A DNA stretch of 64,000 bases from contig JBGGMJ010000158.1 in assembly GCA_041288095.1 (NCBI GenBank), positions 1 to 64,000 of the forward strand. Reading direction: 5' to 3'. Under the pieces are notes generated by a model. That model saw only the letters and a list, made by a program, of their open reading frames with translations, did no database searches and was not told the DNA's origin. Positions 30,089 to 38,981 of the stretch are shown one piece after another (position 1 is the stretch's first letter; the number at the start of each line of letters is the position of its first letter). This stretch comes from Myxococcota bacterium (GTDB lineage: Bacteria; Myxococcota; XYA12-FULL-58-9; JALHOP01). The position numbers and the translations under genes were made by a program.

Positions 30089-30919
30089 TTAGCGGATCAA
30101 GCCTTCTTGAGCTCCGTCGGGACCGCTGTCCAGGCCGCCGAGACTCGTCAGCGAGGTGCGCAGCGAGGCGTCAGCGTCGCGACGCAACCGCGTGCCGCGC
30201 AGCATGAGCGTACGCAGGCGCGAGAAGGTCTTCAAGTGGTCGATGCTCTCATCCGTTATCGTGGAGTAACCGAGATAGAGACGGACCAACGTCGGCGCCA
30301 GCGGCAACAAGCTCGCGACGCCGGCGTCGCCGACCTGCGTCTCTTGCAGCCCGAGCGTTTCGAGAGCGGTCATCGAGGCCAACTGCTTGAGGCCGGCATT
30401 GCTGATGCGGGTGCTGCGCAGGTCGAGCATACGCAGGCTCTTGATGCGCGCCAGCGGCTCGAGCGCGGCGTCGCCAATGCTCGTCCAGCCGAGGTGAAGG
30501 CGCTCGAGACGCTCCAGACGGGCGAGGCTCGCCGTGGCGCTGTCGGTCACGGCGGTGCCGGCGAGATTCAGGCTCTTGAGATTGGACAGCCGCGAGATGG
30601 TCGCGGCCCCGACATCGCCGATGCGCGCGTTGAAGAGGTCGAGCGTCTCGAGGTGCTTGGCCGCGAGGAGCTTCTGCAGGCCGGCGTCGGTCAGCCGCCG
30701 ACAGCTGGCGAGCGACAGCCCGGGAATCTTCTTGGCGACGACCTCGGCCACCAAGACGTCCAAATAGTCGTCATCGATCTGATCGTCGTTGTGGCGCACG
30801 TACCAGGTCACGCCGTCCGGGACGGAAACCCCGCCGTCGAGCGTGTACCCGAGCGGTTTGTCGTTTCCGAGAAAGACTTGTTGGTACACACGAAGCGGCA
30901 ACTGCGACTGCAGCTCCAT
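30089..30919 (-). CDS. Leucine-rich repeat protein (24-aa RNI-like repeats)
   Basis: About seven repeats of L..L.L..T.I.D.G...L..L. Confidence 0.88.
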   Translation of the reverse strand: MELQSQLPLRVYQQVFLGNDKPLGYTLDGGVSVPDGVTWYVRHNDDQIDDDYLDVLVAEVVAKKIPGLSLASCRRLTDAGLQKLLAAKHLETLDLFNARIGDVGAATISRLSNLKSLNLAGTAVTDSATASLARLERLERLHLGWTSIGDAALEPLARIKSLRMLDLRSTRISNAGLKQLASMTALETLGLQETQVGDAGVASLLPLAPTLVRLYLGYSTITDESIDHLKTFSRLRTLMLRGTRLRRDADASLRTSLTSLGGLDSGPDGAQEGLIR

Positions 30920-31035
30920 CCTGGTTGGCTCCTGGCTCGGTCTAACGCCCCAGGCAGGTTACCAAACAAGCGGGCGACAAGCACGGTAAGCGTTCGCCCT
31001 AACGGCATCGGGTCGAAGCTCGTGTTATCCTCGCC

Positions 31036-32595
31036 ATGGCGATGCGATCGACCTATGACTATGTCGTCGTCGGCGCGGGCAGCGCGGGTTGCGTCGTCGC
31101 CGGCCGCCTAGCCCGCGGCGACGCGCAAGTGCTCCTCGTCGAAGCCGGTGGGACGAACCGCATTCCCGCGGTCACCGTGCCGGGCAAGTGGCCTTTGCTG
31201 CTCGATACCGAGGCCGACTGGGGCTTCCGCACAACGCCGCAGCCGGGGCTCGCCCAACGCAGGCTGCACTGGCCGCGCGGCCGCATCCTCGGCGGCACCG
31301 GCTCGATGAACGCCATGGTGTACATCCGCGGCAGCAAGAGCGACTTCGACGGCTGGCGGGAGCTCGGCAACGAGGGCTGGGGCTACGACGACGTCCTCCC
31401 CTACTTCCTGGCCAGCGAAGACAATCACGAGCTTCATGACCGCTATCACGGCCGAGGCGGTCCGCTCGCCGTGACCACCGCCCCTTATCGCCATCCGCTC
31501 ACCGCCGCCTTCTTGGAGGCCGCCCAGCACACGGGCTTGCGTCACAATCCAGACTTCAACGGCGCGACTCAGGACGGCTACGGCACCTACCAAGTCCTCG
31601 CCAAAGACTGGGCTCGCTGGACCACCGCCGACGGCTATCTGACCGGCCAGCCGCAGCTCGACGTCATGCTGCACGCGCGCACCCTGAACATCATCATCGA
31701 TCGAGGTCGCGCCGTCGGCGTGAGGCTCTTCCATGAGGGCGCCGTGCACGAGGTCCGCGCACAGCGTGAGATCGTGCTCTGCGCGGGGGCTATCGGCTCG
31801 CCGCAGCTCTTGATGTTGTCGGGCGTCGGCCCGCCGGACCACCTGCGCGAGCACGGCATCCCGGTCGCGGTCCCCTCGCCCGGCGTCGGCGGTAACCTCG
31901 TCGACCACCTGAGCGTGCGCGTGCGCTGGGCGGTGCGTGCTTCGGCTGGGGAGTGGCCGCCCTCGGCCGAGGCCGCCGAGCGCGAATACGCCGAGCATCG
32001 CCGCGGCCCCTTGAGCAGCCCCATCGTCGAAGCCGGCGCCTTCACCGCTACAGCGGACGGCACGCCGTTCCAGGTGTTGTTCCTACCGACGCTGGGCTCG
32101 GCGCACGACGGCGCTCGTCCGAGCCGCCCCGGCTTCCACATGACGGGCTACCAGCTGCTGCCCGCGAGCCACGGCACCGTCCGGCTCGCTTCGAACGATC
32201 CGCTCGATCCGCCGCGCATCGACCCCGCCTACTTCTCGGAGGCCCACGATCACCGCGTCGCCGTCGACATCGTGCACGCGATGCGGCGGCTCGGCGCGGC
32301 GCCCGGCTTATCGGCTCACGTCGAGAGCGAAACCGCGCCCGGCCTCGAGGCCCATGATGACGCCGCCATCGACACCTACGTCCGCACGACCGCGGCGACG
32401 CTCTTCCATCCGGTGGGTACGTGCAAGATGGGCATCGATGCGCACGCCGTCGTCGACCCACAGCTGCGCGTGCGGGGCGTCGAAGGCTTGCGCGTCGCGG
32501 ACGCCTCGGCGATGCCGACCATGGTCAGCGGCAACACCAACGCCACCGTCATCATGATCGCGGAGAAGGCTAGCCGCCTCATCCTGGGCGGCTAG
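31036..32595 (+). CDS. GMC-family flavin oxidoreductase (choline dehydrogenase-like)
   Basis: VVGAGSAG, RGRILGGTGSMNAMVY.RG, GAIGSPQLLMLSGVG, HPVGTCKMG, GNTNA. Confidence 0.95.
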   Translation: MAMRSTYDYVVVGAGSAGCVVAGRLARGDAQVLLVEAGGTNRIPAVTVPGKWPLLLDTEADWGFRTTPQPGLAQRRLHWPRGRILGGTGSMNAMVYIRGSKSDFDGWRELGNEGWGYDDVLPYFLASEDNHELHDRYHGRGGPLAVTTAPYRHPLTAAFLEAAQHTGLRHNPDFNGATQDGYGTYQVLAKDWARWTTADGYLTGQPQLDVMLHARTLNIIIDRGRAVGVRLFHEGAVHEVRAQREIVLCAGAIGSPQLLMLSGVGPPDHLREHGIPVAVPSPGVGGNLVDHLSVRVRWAVRASAGEWPPSAEAAEREYAEHRRGPLSSPIVEAGAFTATADGTPFQVLFLPTLGSAHDGARPSRPGFHMTGYQLLPASHGTVRLASNDPLDPPRIDPAYFSEAHDHRVAVDIVHAMRRLGAAPGLSAHVESETAPGLEAHDDAAIDTYVRTTAATLFHPVGTCKMGIDAHAVVDPQLRVRGVEGLRVADASAMPTMVSGNTNATVIMIAEKASRLILGG

Positions 32596-32602
32596 CAAGG
32601 CT

Positions 32603-34024
32603 CTAGCGAGGCGCCGGCAGCTTGACGTCGATGAGCTGGCTCTGCGCGTACTCGCGGAGCCCCCAGATGCCGTGCTCGACACCAACACCGCTGGTCTTGG
32701 CGCCCCCGTAAGGCAGGAACGGCGTCATCGCGGAGTGCTGGTTGATCCACGCCGTGCCGACGTCGAGGGCTGCCGCGACCGGAGTGGCGGCCTCGGGGTC
32801 CGACGTCCACACCGATGCGTTCAAGCCGAAGGTCGTGTCGTTGGCGCGGCGCACGGCGTCCGCCGCGTCGGTGAAGCTCAAGATCGGCAAGACCGGCCCG
32901 AACTGCTCCTCGGCGACGAGTCGCGCGTCGTCCGCGATGGCGCTCACGATGGTCGGCCGCACGAAGTAGCCGGGACGCGCCAGGCGCTCGCCACCGGTAT
33001 GGATGCGCGCTCCACGCCGTTTGGTGTCGGCGAGGAGTTCCTCGACTCGCGCCAGTTGGGCGGCATTACTGATCGGTCCCATCTGCGTCTGCGGATCGCT
33101 GCCGGGTCCGACACGGATACCCTCCGCGATGGCGGTCAGAGCCTCGACGAGCCGGTCGTGAACGCTCGCATGCACGTAGAGCCGCTTGATGGCCGCGCAC
33201 GATTGTCCGCAATTGACGAAGGCGGCGTTGTAAATGCCCTCGGCGACCGCGGCGACGTCGGCGTCGGCGAGCACGATGCCGGCGTCGTTGCCGCCGAGCT
33301 CCAGGGTCACGCGCTTGAGCGACGGCGCTCCCGAAGCAAAGACGCGCCGACCGGTGGCCGTGCTGCCGGTGAAGGAGATCTTGCGGACGTCGGCATGCTG
33401 CGTGAGCGCATCACCGGCGTCACCGTCTCCCGGCAGCACATTGAGGACACCCGCCGGAAAATGCGAGGCCAGCAAGTGACCGACGGCGAGCGAGGCGATC
33501 GGCGTGAAAGGGGACGGCTTCACCACCACGGTGTTGCCCGCGCGCAGCGCCGGCGCCAGCTTCCAGGCCATCAAGGCGACGGGGAAATTCCAGGCGGGGA
33601 TGGCCGCGACCACGCCCAGAGGCCGCAAGTGCAAGGTCGATACGCGATCGGCGGCGCGATGCACGACCTCGGGCGTCACCTCGAGCTCGGCGAAGTACTT
33701 GAACCAGCGGGCGGCGTTCTCGACCTCGAAGCGGGCCCGTCCGACGGGCTTGCCCTGCTCGCGGCAGATGAGTCCGGCGATGCGGTCGGCGGCGTCGAGG
33801 AGGCTCGTGGCGCAGCTCGCGAGCGCCTGGCGGCGCTTGGCCTCGTCACGGCTCCAGGATGGAAACGCGCGGCTCGCGCTCTCGACGGCGCGACCAATCT
33901 CCTCGGGTGTCGCCTTGGGATAGCTGGCGAAGGGGCGCTCGTCCGCGGGATCGATGACCTCGGCGCGGCGGCTGGGCGCGACGGCGCGGCCGTCGATGAG
34001 GAGGGATGGCTCGAGATCGTTCAT
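32603..34024 (-). CDS. Aldehyde dehydrogenase
   Basis: WNFP, VVKPS, FTGS..TG, LELGGND, GQSC.A, EEQFGP. Confidence 0.95.
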   Translation of the reverse strand: MNDLEPSLLIDGRAVAPSRRAEVIDPADERPFASYPKATPEEIGRAVESASRAFPSWSRDEAKRRQALASCATSLLDAADRIAGLICREQGKPVGRARFEVENAARWFKYFAELEVTPEVVHRAADRVSTLHLRPLGVVAAIPAWNFPVALMAWKLAPALRAGNTVVVKPSPFTPIASLAVGHLLASHFPAGVLNVLPGDGDAGDALTQHADVRKISFTGSTATGRRVFASGAPSLKRVTLELGGNDAGIVLADADVAAVAEGIYNAAFVNCGQSCAAIKRLYVHASVHDRLVEALTAIAEGIRVGPGSDPQTQMGPISNAAQLARVEELLADTKRRGARIHTGGERLARPGYFVRPTIVSAIADDARLVAEEQFGPVLPILSFTDAADAVRRANDTTFGLNASVWTSDPEAATPVAAALDVGTAWINQHSAMTPFLPYGGAKTSGVGVEHGIWGLREYAQSQLIDVKLPAPR

Positions 34025-34043
34025 GGGTCGGGTCCTGGGTCGT

Positions 34044-34082
34044 AAAAAAAAAGGTCGGCGTACGCGAAAGCATACGCCGACC
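34044..34082 (-). terminator. Intrinsic (Rho-independent) terminator
   Basis: Minus strand GGTCGGCGTATGC-TTTC-GCGTACGCCGACC hairpin followed by T9, 25 nt after the stop at 34108. Confidence 0.85.
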
Positions 34083-34107
34083 TCGAGTCAGTCAGCTTGC
34101 ATCAACG

Positions 34108-35535
34108 TTATTGAACGGTGATGGGCGTCGTGGTCCACAACGGAATGCCGTTCGTCTGAACGAGCACGTTGTTGTAGACGAGACCCTGAGCATCACCGCG
34201 GTCGTCGAACTCGACGCGGCCCGAGGCGCCTTCGTAGTCGATGTCGACGCCCTGGAAGATCAGGTCGCGCGCGTGCTCGTAATCGTCCGGGTAGACCACT
34301 TCGCCCGGGCCGTTCGCGAGATCACGCACCGCCTGCGCCAGCGTCGCCGCGTCGGCGTCGGCGCCAACCTTGGTGATCGCGAGCGAAAACAGGAAGTACA
34401 TGTCGAAGTTGCGCAGCGTCTGCACGCTCTCGATGACCTTGGTCGGATCGTAGTCCGCCAAGATGCGCGCGTACGCTTCGGTGCCCGGCCAGGCCAGGTC
34501 GAAGTTCACGCCGACCGACTCCATCTGGTTCGACGCCAAGAACGCCAAGGCCGCGGCGCTGACGTTCGAATAGTCGGTGCCGTAGGTCGGGGGCGCGAGG
34601 TAGAACTTGACGGTGTTGAAGCTGGCCGGCTTCGCACCCCAGGTCGTATCCGCCTTGAGCTGCGAATAGGCCTCGGCGAGCTGACGCACGTTCTGCTGCG
34701 GCACGTAGCCGAAGATGACCTGCGGATCATTCGTGGTGATGGTCTGCAGGATGGTCTTGAACTCGTCCACCGTCGGGCTCGCGGTGATACCGGACTCCGG
34801 AATGGTGCCGAAGCCGGCCGCGGCGGCCCGGGCCACGATGCCGCGCTTGACGGCATCACCGGTCGGGTTCGACGCCGTCATGATGGCGGCGCGCGTCGCC
34901 GTGGGATTCACGTCGATACCACGCTGAACGACCGTGCGGCCCCAGTCGAAGGTGCGGTGGCTCAGACGGAAGTGGTAGCCGTGGTTGTCCCAGCAGGTGT
35001 TGGCCGCGTTCGACGGCGTCGGCGACTTGGTGATCGCCCCGTCAGCCAGCTGAGCGGCGCTGCAGCCCGAGAGGCTGTCCTGCGTGCCGATGTACGTACC
35101 GAGCAAGACCCCCGCGGCGACCGGGATGTTCGCGTTCGGCGCGGTCGTATCGTTGGCGCCGATACCCGTCATCGCCTTGACGCCCGCGTCAACCAGCTGC
35201 TGCGTGACCGCTTGAGCGGTCGTGACGCTGCCCTGGGTGTCGAGCTCGGTGATGGCGAGCGGCACGCCTGCTTCGGTCGCGCTGCCCAAGATGCCGCAGT
35301 GGCGGTTGATCTCGAAGATCGCCACCGGAGTAGCGTCCTTCGCGAAGATCGACGTACCACCCGCGCCCGTGATCGGGCTCGCGGAGCCGATGGCGTAGGG
35401 TTCGCCCTCGTCGTTGAAGCAGTCGAATTCTTCTTCTTCTTCTTCTTTCTTGTCATCGCCGCACGCGCTCATTGCGAACGCGCCAAACGCCAATGCCAAG
35501 GTCCAGTGCAGCCACTTTGTCTTCATGAAGTTCAT
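34108..35535 (-). CDS. LivJ/Leu-Ile-Val-type (type I periplasmic binding) lipoprotein
   Basis: Lipobox AMSAC; AIFEIN..CGILG, ELDTQ, DIDYEGASG.VEFD..GD; start 35535 or 35526. Confidence 0.82.
   Translation of the reverse strand: MNFMKTKWLHWTLALAFGAFAMSACGDDKKEEEEEEFDCFNDEGEPYAIGSASPITGAGGTSIFAKDATPVAIFEINRHCGILGSATEAGVPLAITELDTQGSVTTAQAVTQQLVDAGVKAMTGIGANDTTAPNANIPVAAGVLLGTYIGTQDSLSGCSAAQLADGAITKSPTPSNAANTCWDNHGYHFRLSHRTFDWGRTVVQRGIDVNPTATRAAIMTASNPTGDAVKRGIVARAAAAGFGTIPESGITASPTVDEFKTILQTITTNDPQVIFGYVPQQNVRQLAEAYSQLKADTTWGAKPASFNTVKFYLAPPTYGTDYSNVSAAALAFLASNQMESVGVNFDLAWPGTEAYARILADYDPTKVIESVQTLRNFDMYFLFSLAITKVGADADAATLAQAVRDLANGPGEVVYPDDYEHARDLIFQGVDIDYEGASGRVEFDDRGDAQGLVYNNVLVQTNGIPLWTTTPITVQ
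35428..35445 (-). repeat. (GAA)6 trinucleotide run encoding poly-Glu just after the lipobox
   Basis: (TTC)6 on the + strand. Confidence 0.8.
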
Positions 35536-35602
35536 TTCCTTTTTTGTCGCGCCCGATTCCGGCCCATGCCGGACCGCCGAAAACGATTCGTTCCCACACA
35601 CG

Positions 35603-37450
35603 TTACTCTCTCAGAATCGCTCCGACGTTCCCGGGCTCGACTGTCGATACTTGGTAAAACCCGCGCTTGCTTCCTTGCGATGCGATCTTCCAGATTTGAA
35701 CGGTGTTGAGCACGTCACCAGCCGGGCTCAGGGCCAGGTTGCCGCTGGCACCGAGTAGCTTGATCTCGGTCCCCGCCGAGAGCGCGGTTTTGGCGCTGGC
35801 GAGCTCGTCGGCGGCGAAACCGGAGACGGGGTTCGTGCACAAGATGGTCTGCGGGTTCGGAAGGATTTGCGTGATGCAACCCAGCGAGACCGGCTGAATC
35901 GAGTTCTTGATCTGGGAGGCGGCGCTCTGATCGAGCGGACCACTCTGCGAGCGGGCGCGCTGCCAACCGGCCCGTTCGATCGCCAAAGCGGACAAGACGA
36001 CGGCGTCGAAGGCGTTGCCGCTGTACTGATCCGGTGGCTGGCCCCAACGGGCGGCGTAGAGGTCGGGGAAGAAGCTGCGATCGGGCGCCAGCGTGTACGG
36101 GTCGACGCTGAACAGGTTGCGAATCGTGTTGCTGCCGAGCTGGTCGACGACCAACTGGCTGCGCACGAGGTCAGTGCCCATCCAGAAGACGCGGTCGGAG
36201 CCGGTCGGCAGGGAAGCGGTCTGCAGCTGCCACTCTTGCATCAGCAACGCCGCCTCGGTGGCGCGCGCGAAGATGAAGACGACGGTGTCCGCGAAATCGT
36301 AGTTGGCTGGCAGGTCGCCGGCGGTGATCGAGGCGTCGAGACCCGCGCGGCCGGCCTCGAAGAGATCCTGGATGTTCTGGTTGAACGCGATCGGATTCGT
36401 CGGGTCGAACGCCACCCGCGACAGGATGATGCGGTCGCGCGCGCCGACCCAGGTGTCTTCGACGTCGGTCAGGAGGCTGCGGCCGAAGGCGCTATCCTCG
36501 TAGATCACCATCGCCGAGCGGGGCTGCGTGGTCAGTGTGCAATAGCGGCGCTCGCGGAAGCGCTGGCAGATGCCGTCGACGCACTCGAAGTTGGCGCCGA
36601 GCTTGTCGCAGAAGCCCTCGGCCTCGCCGCCGCAGGATTCCTCGGTCTGCTGGTAGAAATCTTTCTCGGGCTCGGCCAAGGCGAAGTTGCGCTGGCAGGA
36701 ATACTGGGCGCCGTATTTGCTCTCGCAGTAGGTCGCCGTCGGGGCGGCCGTGCACTCGTCCTCGGTGCGATCCTCGGCGCGGAAGAGCACCTTGCCGCGC
36801 GCCTCGGTGTTGGTGCCGACCGTCGCCAACACGTTCATCTGCACGTAGTCGGCGACGATGAGCCGGTAGACGTAGCCCGGCAGCTGCGAGACGGTGTCCT
36901 GGGCGGTCCTATCGGGCAGCTTCGAGATGCTGTCCGAGGTGACCACCGGAGAGATCAGCGAGGTGGAGGTCCCCGTGACGTTGGTGAACACGCTCTCCAT
37001 CTCGTCGGCGGTGCAAGGCCCGATGATGATCGGCACCTCGTAGTCCTCGACGAGGGAGGTGGCGGTCGCCACCGCGGTTTGCGTGTCTTGCTCGGTGTCC
37101 GCGACGATGACCTTGATGGGCGCGCGCAAGGTCGTGCCCGAGGAGTCGCGGCCGGCCCAGACGCCGCAGTTCCCACGAGCGCGGCACGGAATGTCGTCTT
37201 CGTCGACGTCGGGGAAGGCGCGGACGCTGCCGTTCACGAGCTCTTCGGCGAGCTTGACGCTGCGCTCGAGGCCGCTCGCCTTGGCGGAGATGTCACCGGT
37301 GACGCACATGAGCGCGCCCACGTTGACGGCGGGCGCGTCGAAAGCAGGCAGCCCCTCTTCGCCGGTGAGGGGGTCGGTCCCACATCCGCTCACGAGGACG
37401 AGAGGTAGGACGAAGGGGAACAACAAGGCGAACGCGGAGTTGAGTCTCAC
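35603..37450 (-). CDS. Second LivJ-type binding lipoprotein with Cys-rich insertions
   Basis: Lipobox VSGC after GTG 37450; VADTE, IIGPC, LISP..TS..IS, AFDAV, GASGNL.L...GD; Cys-rich segment mid-protein. Confidence 0.8.
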   Translation of the reverse strand: MRLNSAFALLFPFVLPLVLVSGCGTDPLTGEEGLPAFDAPAVNVGALMCVTGDISAKASGLERSVKLAEELVNGSVRAFPDVDEDDIPCRARGNCGVWAGRDSSGTTLRAPIKVIVADTEQDTQTAVATATSLVEDYEVPIIIGPCTADEMESVFTNVTGTSTSLISPVVTSDSISKLPDRTAQDTVSQLPGYVYRLIVADYVQMNVLATVGTNTEARGKVLFRAEDRTEDECTAAPTATYCESKYGAQYSCQRNFALAEPEKDFYQQTEESCGGEAEGFCDKLGANFECVDGICQRFRERRYCTLTTQPRSAMVIYEDSAFGRSLLTDVEDTWVGARDRIILSRVAFDPTNPIAFNQNIQDLFEAGRAGLDASITAGDLPANYDFADTVVFIFARATEAALLMQEWQLQTASLPTGSDRVFWMGTDLVRSQLVVDQLGSNTIRNLFSVDPYTLAPDRSFFPDLYAARWGQPPDQYSGNAFDAVVLSALAIERAGWQRARSQSGPLDQSAASQIKNSIQPVSLGCITQILPNPQTILCTNPVSGFAADELASAKTALSAGTEIKLLGASGNLALSPAGDVLNTVQIWKIASQGSKRGFYQVSTVEPGNVGAILRE

Positions 37451-37539
37451 TGGTATCAAGTTCCTCGAGACGAGCGAGATTGTACACCCTAACTGGTGAC
37501 ACTCGCGACGCTGTAACGAACACCGGGAAGCCGGTCGAG

Positions 37540-38865
37540 TCAAGTTCGCCTCCAACGTACGTGCGAGGAGGTAACGCCTTTGACGTGCGTCACACCACAT
37601 AACTTCAATGTCGTGGTGAGCTCGGCGTCGAGGATTTCCAGCAGCCGGGTGACCCCCGCTTCGCCGAAAGATCCCAGCGCCCAGGCCTGCGGCCGGCCGA
37701 CCGCTATAGCATCCGCGCCCAGCGCCAGCCCTTTCACTACATCCACCCCTCGCCGCACACCGCCGTCGACAATCAGCGGCAGACGCTTGCGGATGACATG
37801 GACGACTTCCTCCAGGGCCTCGATTGGCGCCATGCCGCTGTTCTCCTGGCGGCCGCCGTGGTTCGACACCCAGACCCCGTCGGCGCCGTGCTCCACCGCC
37901 AGGGTCGTGTCCTCGGCGGTCATCACGCCCTTGAGAACGATACGCAGCTTGGTGATGCCGCGGATCTTCGAAAACAGCTCCCAGGTAATGGGGACGATCG
38001 CCGCCTTGACGTTCGTCAGATCGAGATCCGCGAACATGGGGAAGTGCCGCAAGTAGCCGGTGAGCGATCCGCGCCCTGGATAGACCGGGTTGACGTCGGC
38101 GCCGTGGCACGTCGCGCATTGAGCGCTGTCCGTGCGGGCCGCGCGAGCGAGCGATAGGCGGTTGCCGCGCGTTGCCATGTCGGTCGACAAGACGAGGGTC
38201 GAGCACCCCGCCTCTTCGACCTTGCGGATGAGGCGCGTCGTCACCTCGAAGTCGTTCGTCGGGTACATCTGGTACCAGACCAGGCTCGGGTCACCCGCGG
38301 CTCGCGCCACCGCGCCGATGTCGCGGGACGCGGTGCCCGACAGCACGAAGATCTGACCGCGGCGCGCACTGGCGCGTGCGGTCGCCTCTTCGGCCTGCGC
38401 ATCGAACAAGCCCTGCGCCGCGACCGGCGCGAGGATGATGGGGCTCTTCAGCTTGGCGCCGAGCAGCTCGAGCTTGGTGTCGACGACGCGCGTGTCGATG
38501 AACCGTCGTGGCCGCAATTGCAGACGCGAAAAGGCGGTCTCGTTGACGCGGACGGTGGCGTTGTCGTCGGACCCGCCCATGAGCTGTTCCCAGTGACTCG
38601 GGCTGACGCGCGACTTCGCGAGCGCCTCGAAGTCGAACACATCGAGGGCATCCTCGACCCGCTCGATGAGGCCGGTGGGCACTTTGGGGAGCGCCGGCAG
38701 CGGCACCGCGCTCGGGTCAGCGTCCGCCATAGTGGACGGAGCTCCGGAGGTATCGCGGCACGCGAAGTGCGCGAGCAGGGGTGAAGCAGCGAGGAACCGC
38801 AGAAACTCCCGGCGAAACAACGCGCGTTGATCGCGGGGAAGCGACGCATCGAAGGGGGGCGGCAT
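37540..38865 (-). CDS. FMN-dependent alpha-hydroxy-acid oxidase/dehydrogenase with Tat-like signal and CxxCH insert
   Basis: RREFLRFLAA; PIILAP, WYQMY, VLKGV, VSNHGGRQ, DGGVRRG.DVVK.LALGA; CATCH. Confidence 0.92.
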   Translation of the reverse strand: MPPPFDASLPRDQRALFRREFLRFLAASPLLAHFACRDTSGAPSTMADADPSAVPLPALPKVPTGLIERVEDALDVFDFEALAKSRVSPSHWEQLMGGSDDNATVRVNETAFSRLQLRPRRFIDTRVVDTKLELLGAKLKSPIILAPVAAQGLFDAQAEEATARASARRGQIFVLSGTASRDIGAVARAAGDPSLVWYQMYPTNDFEVTTRLIRKVEEAGCSTLVLSTDMATRGNRLSLARAARTDSAQCATCHGADVNPVYPGRGSLTGYLRHFPMFADLDLTNVKAAIVPITWELFSKIRGITKLRIVLKGVMTAEDTTLAVEHGADGVWVSNHGGRQENSGMAPIEALEEVVHVIRKRLPLIVDGGVRRGVDVVKGLALGADAIAVGRPQAWALGSFGEAGVTRLLEILDAELTTTLKLCGVTHVKGVTSSHVRWRRT

Positions 38866-38981
38866 GGGCCCGCAGGTTAGCGCGAGTCTGGCGACTCACC
38901 AAATGTTTGAGCCTTACCCCTGGCTGCGGTACACAGGCTCGCCCCGTTCCCGGCCGCATCCTAACGATGCCTGGAGTCGAA

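Noticed and set aside
35428..35445. (GAA)6 as a phase-variation switch
   Set aside because: A triplet unit keeps the frame and only alters a poly-Glu linker
37451..38206. N-terminal 250 aa of the 867-aa ORF
   Set aside because: Off-frame overlap with the hydroxy-acid oxidase; Arg-rich non-protein-like sequence; the lipoprotein signal starts near 37450
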